From the NCBI GenBank assembly GCA_012295275.1, contig CM022673.1:7130001-7194000 (forward strand): a stretch of 64,000 nucleotides of DNA. The letters run 5' to 3'. Numbering within the stretch: position 1 is the stretch's first letter; each line of letters begins with the position of its first letter. Positions 55,956 through 64,000 of the stretch are shown piece by piece. This DNA is from Chrysomallon squamiferum (taxonomy: Eukaryota > Animalia > Mollusca). A model generated the notes under the pieces. It saw only the letters and a list, made by a program, of their open reading frames with translations, was not told where the DNA came from and searched no databases. The position numbers and the translations under genes were made by a program.

Positions 55956-57254
55956 TACACGAAGACCCCCAAGTATTTGTGACGTCATAAGCGCTGTATC
56001 ACTTCCTTAGCAACGTTCTGGTTAAAGATGAACAATTAAATGACAATGTCGCCGTTTTTATTCTCAGGTCATAATTACTTGATATCGAGAAATGTAGAAA
56101 GATAAGATGTAACTTTTGATTAGTTATTTGTAAATTATTACATAACAGGCAAATTTAATACGTCTTTTATTTGTGTATACGTCATTAGACCCTGAGCATA
56201 ATTTTGTCTGCAAATGCAAGGAAAAAGAACGATAAGTTTCACGGTAAATTACATAAAAATAATTATCTTTTCTGTTTCTGCGACTTCAGATAGTTATTTC
56301 TCGACTAAAATCAGAGTATGACAAAATTATTATTTAATGCAAAATTGTCGGTGCTGATACTGTATGTGTTCCTGTTTGTTTGTCTTATGCCTTCGTTCTT
56401 TGTTACTCATTTCAGTGATTTTCATTCACTCGTTCATCGATTACTTTACCTGTTTACCATGTTAGCTGACTATTCATTTGTTGGATGGTTATAATTGTTT
56501 TCATTTTAGTTAACGTTTGTTTGGAATAAGTAATCATTTGAAAAAAAAAAAAAAAAAAAAAAAAAAAATGTCACTGTTTGTTAACAGTAACTTAGGGATA
56601 TATTCCAATATGAACTTGCCAATGACTAAGCTGTTTGAAGATCTTCCTGTCATTTCTTTATTGTTCGATTTTTTTCCCTTTCTTTTTCTTCTTCAAAATA
56701 AGGCTTTTGTTTGTTCAGTTCAGAAAGAGGGGAAAAAAATTCACGTAATCAAAATAGCTTTTGCTCTTCATTCTCTGAACACTAAAGCGAAAATAAATTT
56801 TGATATCTTCACTATAATCCACAATTTCAAATTTTAATCGAATGCTTGAGGGATTTTTCTATCTCATGTTTATTCTGTAGCTTTTTCTACTGTTATCCTC
56901 GAACTGATGATTTGTAAATTTACATTAAGATTGCCAAAGTTTTTCCTTATCTTCTTCTTCTCTTTGAGTCACGAAAGAAAATCGTTCTTTTAAGACGAAG
57001 AAAATAACTCTAACACACAACGAACGTCATTACCGTTTTTCGTTAAATCATATTTTACAGAAGATTTTTAAAAATTTTAAATTTTTACACCACATTTAAG
57101 AATGGTTATTTGAAAGTGATACTGACTGGAATGTACCTGTTAAGCTGTGTTTATTATAAAGGTAAAAAATGAGTTACTCCAAGAAATACGGTGAATGATT
57201 TTGTATCAACAGAATACGAATACACACACGTCCATCAAATATCTGTTTAAATTC

Positions 57255-57540
57255 ATTTATATATGTATGCATATTCATATATATGTAATTATCTGTGTGT
57301 ATATATGTGTATATGTATGTGAATATGTATGTGTATATGTATGTTTGTATGTATGTATTTACGTACGAATATATGTACGTATTTATGCAGTATGTATGAA
57401 TGTATGTGTGTATCTATCTATCTATATGTGTGTGTGTGTATCTTATGTATAATGTATGTATGAATGCATATTTTTGAATTTATGCTGGTATACATGTATG
57501 TGTATATATGTATGTGTACGTAGGTTTGTGTGTGTATGTC
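57255..57540. repeat. Degenerate (TATG/TG)n tract
   Basis: Direct reading. Confidence 0.85.
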
Positions 57541-59941
57541 TGCCTGTATTTATATACATACTTTCTTTTTCTTTTCTTTTTCACACTGACACTAGTACAG
57601 GGGTGTCTTCAACTGCCAGAATTATTAAACAAATACAGCTTTATGCAGATTCATGTTTTCAGATATATAAACTGAAATCATAGGAAATCTCTCTACGCTG
57701 TTCTTGATTTATTTTTTAGCTGATTTGAGAATGTTATGCCTTTGCATCAAGTTTTAGACGATTCCGCATTACGAAACCATACACAATTCATCTAGGATTG
57801 TTGTCCAAAATTACACTGTATGAAACGGCCTTTAAATAAAAGTACAATCACACTGAAGATTCCAGTAACTTGATTCTTCTGGAGATAACGTCTGTGCATT
57901 GTTATCCCGCACAAACAGCATGTAATAAAAAAAAAAAAAAAGCTGATAGGTTGAATATCGTTTCATCAGCCTTGCAAAGCCGCGGGCAGTCACATTCTAT
58001 TATACGTGAAATAACACATGCACACGCGACATGCGAAATTACTCTTAAAAACATGAACACGATAACTACATTTTCGTCTTTTATGTTACGAGGCATAATG
58101 ACAATAATGAGCGGCGTGTTTGTTTTGAGTTACATCAACACCAGTGTCCCATAACGGCGTCAATGGAGCGTGACGGCTCGCGAACAGTGTTCGATCAGGA
58201 CAAACACGTCCGGTTCGGCGACTCTCAAAGGTTAACCGTTTTGCACTGGGACAAAACCGCAGGATGGATGGGCGTCAAGATGGGTTTGTAGTTTGCGTTT
58301 CAGGATGCTTAAAATGGCAACGAAAAATTACGCGATAAGAAAAGGATTCGTAAAAAAAGTTTATGCTTGATTAGTTTTGTTTGCCATCATCGATTAGTTT
58401 CCACTAAAACTAAGCCAGCTACGTTATTATCATACGCCTACTTAAAGATCATTATCTGGGTTATGCCAGGTTAAAGTTTTATAAACTCGTTGCAAAAGAT
58501 ATCTGAATTTTCAGCGACGTTGAATATTTTTAAACTGTTATACCACTGATTTTTCTGCTGCAGTGATTGTTAGTGTTGTAGCAACAACAACTATCTATTC
58601 CTACTGCTATTACTGCTATTACTGCTGTTACTACTACTACTACTACTACTACTAATAATAATAATAATAATAATAATAATCTACTTTAAAATCATTTTCG
58701 TGTTCTTATATTTTTTCTCAATTTATTGCCGAGTTATTTTAATTATTTGTTTATCATCATTCTATTATTATTATTATTATTATTATTTTTATTATTTGTT
58801 TATCATCATTCTATTATTATTATTGTTGTTGTTGTTGTTGTTATTTTCTCTGCATACATAGATGCGTGTGTGTTTTAATGATTTAATGAAGTCATTTACT
58901 TGTTGTTACCTATTTACTTTCGAAACATAATAATACACATCTATAAATGCATACCCAGAGACGAAAACTAACAGACAAAGACAAAGACAGTAATGAAGCG
59001 AATTTGATTACGGTAAACATTTTCATCTCGCCACACGGTTATAAACAACGCCGGGATGCGAGACAAATCTCACAAAACAATACGTTTCGTCCTTGTATTC
59101 GTATCTTTAGATTAATTAGGCAATATTCTCTAATGCCTGTCTTGCTTCTATAGATCAATGGGTTTTCCATTCCCGATGTTTGTAGCAGACGCGGCGAAAA
59201 TATCATTCGCTGAAACTGAGGACGAGAAAAGCCTTTTTCCAGAAACTGTCTGCGGAATATCTTTAGACGACAGTCCACGAGGAGTAAATACGAGCCAATC
59301 ACCGAGATGGATAGAACGCTCGTTTTGGCACGTTCTTTTCCGCTGGTCACCGGGTTGGGTTCGGACCGGTGTTAATTCTAGAACGAGGACTTTAATCTTA
59401 ATGGGGTTATAATTGTAGAAAGTGGAACAAAGTTATCGTGTGCTTTACATTTGTATTTTTTGTTTTTTGAAAAACAAAGTTTGTGTGTGTGTGTTGTGTG
59501 TGTCATTGATGGGTGTTAAACTGACTGGGTTAATACGATATGAAGTTGGTGATAAATCAAAGAAAAGGATTTGATACATCGTTGTTAGGGTAAGTTTTTT
59601 TTTTTTTTTTTTTATTTTATATTTTTTTAAATCGTTATCAAATTGAACAGAATCATTTCATTAACAAGATATTCACTTTGTTTCTAATCGGTTGTTACAG
59701 ATTCTGTTGTTTTCTCTGTTTCAGGATTTTTCTTTCTTTTTTTGTTTAATCGTTGGTCTTCTTTTAGTTATTTCTGTTTATATTATTTGTATCATTTTTC
59801 TTTTAATTATAACTGTCACCAGTGTTACAGGATTTTTAATTTGTTGCTAAAACATTCTCAGATTGATAGATAGAGGGAGATTATCTTGCGTAACATTTCT
59901 ATCATTTCTCTCAAAACAACAACAACCAAATTAACAACAAC

Positions 59942-59997
<56 letters not shown>

Positions 59998-61917
59998 TGA
60001 TGATGATGATGATTAATCTCTAAGTAATAAAAATAATCTTAAGATTATTATAAATTTTCTTTCCTAAGATTAACTAATCCGCTTTCCTTTCCAAAAATAT
60101 GAATAAAAAGTGAAATTAACTACAGGATGCATTTTTAAAAAAAATAAAAAAAAAAAAAAAAAAAAAAAAACAACAACAACAAAAAACGTCACTGTTCGTA
60201 ACGGCACCGTATGGAGGAACCTACAACATGCAAAATATCTTCTCTTCTTTATTCCCGCCATCGCTTTGGGATGGCTTCTTTCCTAGAGCGCTTTATACCA
60301 AAGGGAATTATTTCCGTGTTTCCTCTAATTAACCCAACATTCAGATATAACATGCTTGAGACAAGACATGTTTATTTTTATTATACTATTTTATATATAA
60401 TAGTATGTTTAATGAAATCAGGGCATCAGGTATAGAGAAAACGTACGTAACTTGTTGACAAATAAAGATTTTTGAGCAAACTATTCTTTTTAAACTGACT
60501 GTTCAGCAAGGGGTGTATGAAATTCATTTTCATGAATACATGGAATTCCTCTGTTGAACATCAAACGTTGTATTAAAATATGATAAGTGAATTATAATGC
60601 TAATAAGAAAATGAAAAAAACAATCCTTTATTGTTGATAAATACAATTTCCAATAAATAAATAAATAGATAAATAAATAAGTATGTAAATATATACACAT
60701 GCAAGCAAGCAAACAAACAATGAATGAATGAATGAATGAGTAAATAAATAAACAAACACACAAACAAGTAAATAAATGAATAAATATACAAATAAGAAAA
60801 AACATATTTTGTTTTAAATGTAAACAATTAAATAAAATAAAATAAAATTAAATTAAATTAAAAAATTAAATAAATAAATAACGAATATAAAAAAATATAT
60901 ATAAAAAAATGTGCTAAAAGCATTTTACCTTGAATGAGAAACCCATTTTTCTACACAAACAGGTTCTGCAAAACCTTTAGTTCATTTCCATGATACAATG
61001 ACACTTCATTCTTGGGTAATATTATTTCTCAGTCAAAAGAAAAATAAAGCTAATATTATTAGACATTAATTAAAGAACAACAATAAAAATGGAGAACATA
61101 TGTAATATTGTAATTAAAAGTGTAAAAAAAAAAAACAGTCTTTGAGCCTTTCTTCTTGCCCAGTCAACAAGACCATCATTTCTGTTCCATGAAATTTTGA
61201 ATATTTTCTATTGAATAATTTTAATCCTTTGCATTTACATCATCCTTATGTGAGTCGATTTAATAACAAAGTGAATATATCTGCGTGACACAGATAACCA
61301 CTTATAACTATTAATTATACAGATGAAATTTCTACAAAGACGACAGATTAGAAGTGATAAATTAATGATCAATGTCTCACGAAAAAAAATCTTCATGAAT
61401 ATTGCAGCCTGTTTGACAGATATACGATATTTCAGCTTTGAACTTTTAATATCAAATAAACTGTATTGCATCAGAACCATCTATCTATATTTTCACTGAT
61501 ACGTTTAAACAATTTGATTGTATCGTACACTTTATTTTTATACTTGATCTCTCTGTTTCGTCATATCCTAATACTTTCTTAACCATAATGTCAGCAATGG
61601 CTTGCTTTATATAATAACAGTGTTCATGCATGCCTTTCGTGGCAGAGTCTTCATTTGAAGAACGATAGTTTTGCACTGGTCACATTCGAAATAAAGCTCT
61701 GGTTAATTTGTTTCAAACGAAAGTCATTTCGATGTTTATAATAACTGTTTATCAGTACAAACGTCATAGCTAATATAAATTAGATGTTTCCGTGTACGCT
61801 GTTTCATGAATAGCTTTGTAATAGAATGTTAATAAATTAACAAAAGAAGTATCTGTTAAATATTAAAACTCTTCCACTGAGTAACAAAGTTCGAAAATTT
61901 AACCCATGTTATTAATG

Positions 61918-61918
61918 A

Positions 61919-61971
<53 letters not shown>

Positions 61972-62031
61972 TATTTGTTGTCATTGTTGTCATTGTTATT
62001 ATTATCATCATTATCACGTTACTATTATTGC

Positions 62032-62086
<55 letters not shown>

Positions 62087-62120
62087 ACTGTTGTCGTTAT
62101 AGTTGTTGTTGCTGTTGTTT
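61918..62120. repeat. (ATT)n/(GTT)n compound microsatellite
   Basis: Direct reading. Confidence 0.95.
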
Positions 62121-64000
62121 TTGGTTTTGTTACATAAAATAATTTTCGTCATCATCGATGTAGTATTGTTGTTGTTAACTTGGTTGAGATGATTGTCAGA
62201 GTGCTGTTTAGTGGCAATAAAACTTTAAAATATTTATTTTGCCTGCAGAATTAGAATGTAATATATACCAGATATATTTAGAATAATAAATTTTTACAAA
62301 ACAAAAATATATATATTTGTAAATGATAGAACAGTATATATTAAATGTAAACAATTACATAAATTATTAATTACCTATAAAATAAATAAAAAAATAAATA
62401 AATAAATAAATAAATAAATAAATAGAAATATAATAAATATAATAAATAATATAAAATAAAATAAAATAAAAAGAAGAGAAAGAAAAGAATAAAAAAAAAA
62501 AAAAAAAAAACCTTTGAAGTCTCTAAAAAATACAGAAATCAAAATATTTTCTTTCCAGAATCTATTTCTGAGATTCACCTAATAAAAAAGGATAGCTAAA
62601 ACACTTATAAGACATTCAGATGTAGAATTAATGTATTTATGTTTATTTTCCACTGTGTCAACATGAGAAATAAAAGCAGTTAGAAGCATTTGTTTAAGTT
62701 TCGCTGTGTTTCAGCACACGCAGTTATTGAACGCAGCATAATGAATTAAATTACCTCGGTAAATCAATATATATTGAGCTTAATATGATAGGGGTTAAGC
62801 ACGTTTTTCGGTCTTGTCAAGACCTATACGACCTTTTACTGAAGGACGGATAAGAGTGTACAATTTGTATTAACGACTTTTTACCTTACCGTCCTGTTAA
62901 TTTTAAAAGAAGAGCTCCTTTATTGTGAGAAAAAATCCTTTCTTAAAGGTCGGATCATTCGGTTCTATTTGTCTTAACGAATTTTATCAGAGCTCCGTTG
63001 CTGCAAGGATGAAATCTAGATAAGGATGGTTTTAGAGCTGGTAACCTCCCTTTAAATGCTGAAACAGATAAATTTAAGCTCGGTATTTCTTTAACAGAAT
63101 GATTTTTTTGTAAGGATTGTATGTAATATGAAATGAATTTTTTTATTACTTTGCTCTATATGCGATGGTCTTAGTTACGTTTTAAACGTACATATGATTT
63201 CTTCTTATGAATATTATCAAAGTTTATTTCCATATGAAAAGTTAATTTGAATAATGAATGAAAAAAACATATTTAATGGCATGCATTTTATTTACTAAGT
63301 TAGAGAGGCGCAAAAGCCTTCTTATTTAAGATTATTTTAAATTTTAATTGGTTATTTATTTATTTATTTGTTTTTTATGAAATTTATTTTCATTTTCTAT
63401 GTTCACTCTTTTATACGAGTGTAATTATTTATCAATTTTATTTCTAAGCATATGTTTACTGTGTCTCACCCACCTAAATGACAATTATCAATTTACATAA
63501 ACAATGTATTACGTTATGATTTACTGTATGTAACACTTTAATAAACAAATAAATTATCGTCATCGTCATCATCATCATCATCATACGGTACTATTAATCT
63601 TCAATTTTTCAGTAGGATCAGGTTATTCCAAGCAACAGAACTCTGTTACTGCAAAAGCCGGCCTTAATCCGTCTTTTATTGAAGGTTAAATCAGATGACG
63701 TAGTTTATCTGAACGGATTTAAGCATACGATCATGTTATTTTAAGAAGTGAAGTTCTCTTACTGGATTTTGACATTCTTAAGAATTGTTCTGACGTTGTT
63801 ATATAATCTCGACGAATTTTACAAAACAGCCATGCTATTTTCGGATTCAGATCTCTTTTGCTGTAAAGACTAAGTATTTCTGAACTTTTATTTAAGAATA
63901 GGTTCCGATGGCGCAATTTGTCATAACACATTTTACGAAACAGAGTTCGTTTATTGCAGGGACTAGATTTTTTTACTTAAGGATTCAGATCATGCTATTT

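Noticed and set aside
60032-60049. 18-bp perfect palindrome aataatcttaagattatt
   Set aside because: AT-rich and adjacent to AAT repeats, so expected by chance

Overview
This is AT-rich, microsatellite-dense eukaryotic (animal) genomic DNA. It is probably from a mollusc such as a gastropod, a tentative call based on a recalled SINE consensus and the repeat landscape. I found no prokaryotic operon, CRISPR array, rRNA, tRNA or transposase. One coding segment is well supported: a GC-rich + strand exon at 10404-11157 (probable start ATG 10432, AG acceptor, AAG|GTAAGT donor). It encodes a Ser/Thr/Pro-rich, probably disordered region of a protein I cannot name. The remaining ~53 kb looks like one very long intron or regulatory desert. 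It holds simple repeats, decayed minisatellites, two decayed tRNA-derived SINE copies, a 127-bp TA-flanked Tc1/mariner-type MITE, other foldback elements and many unique CpG-containing islands. The most interesting leads are all inferences: a duplicated phospho-FFAT-like motif and a calmodulin-binding-like motif in the exon, a frame-compatible 27/42-nt candidate microexon, candidate recursive splice sites, and a dispersed AAGGGAGRTAAC-like motif. Nearly all ORFs in the supplied track are translations of microsatellites.
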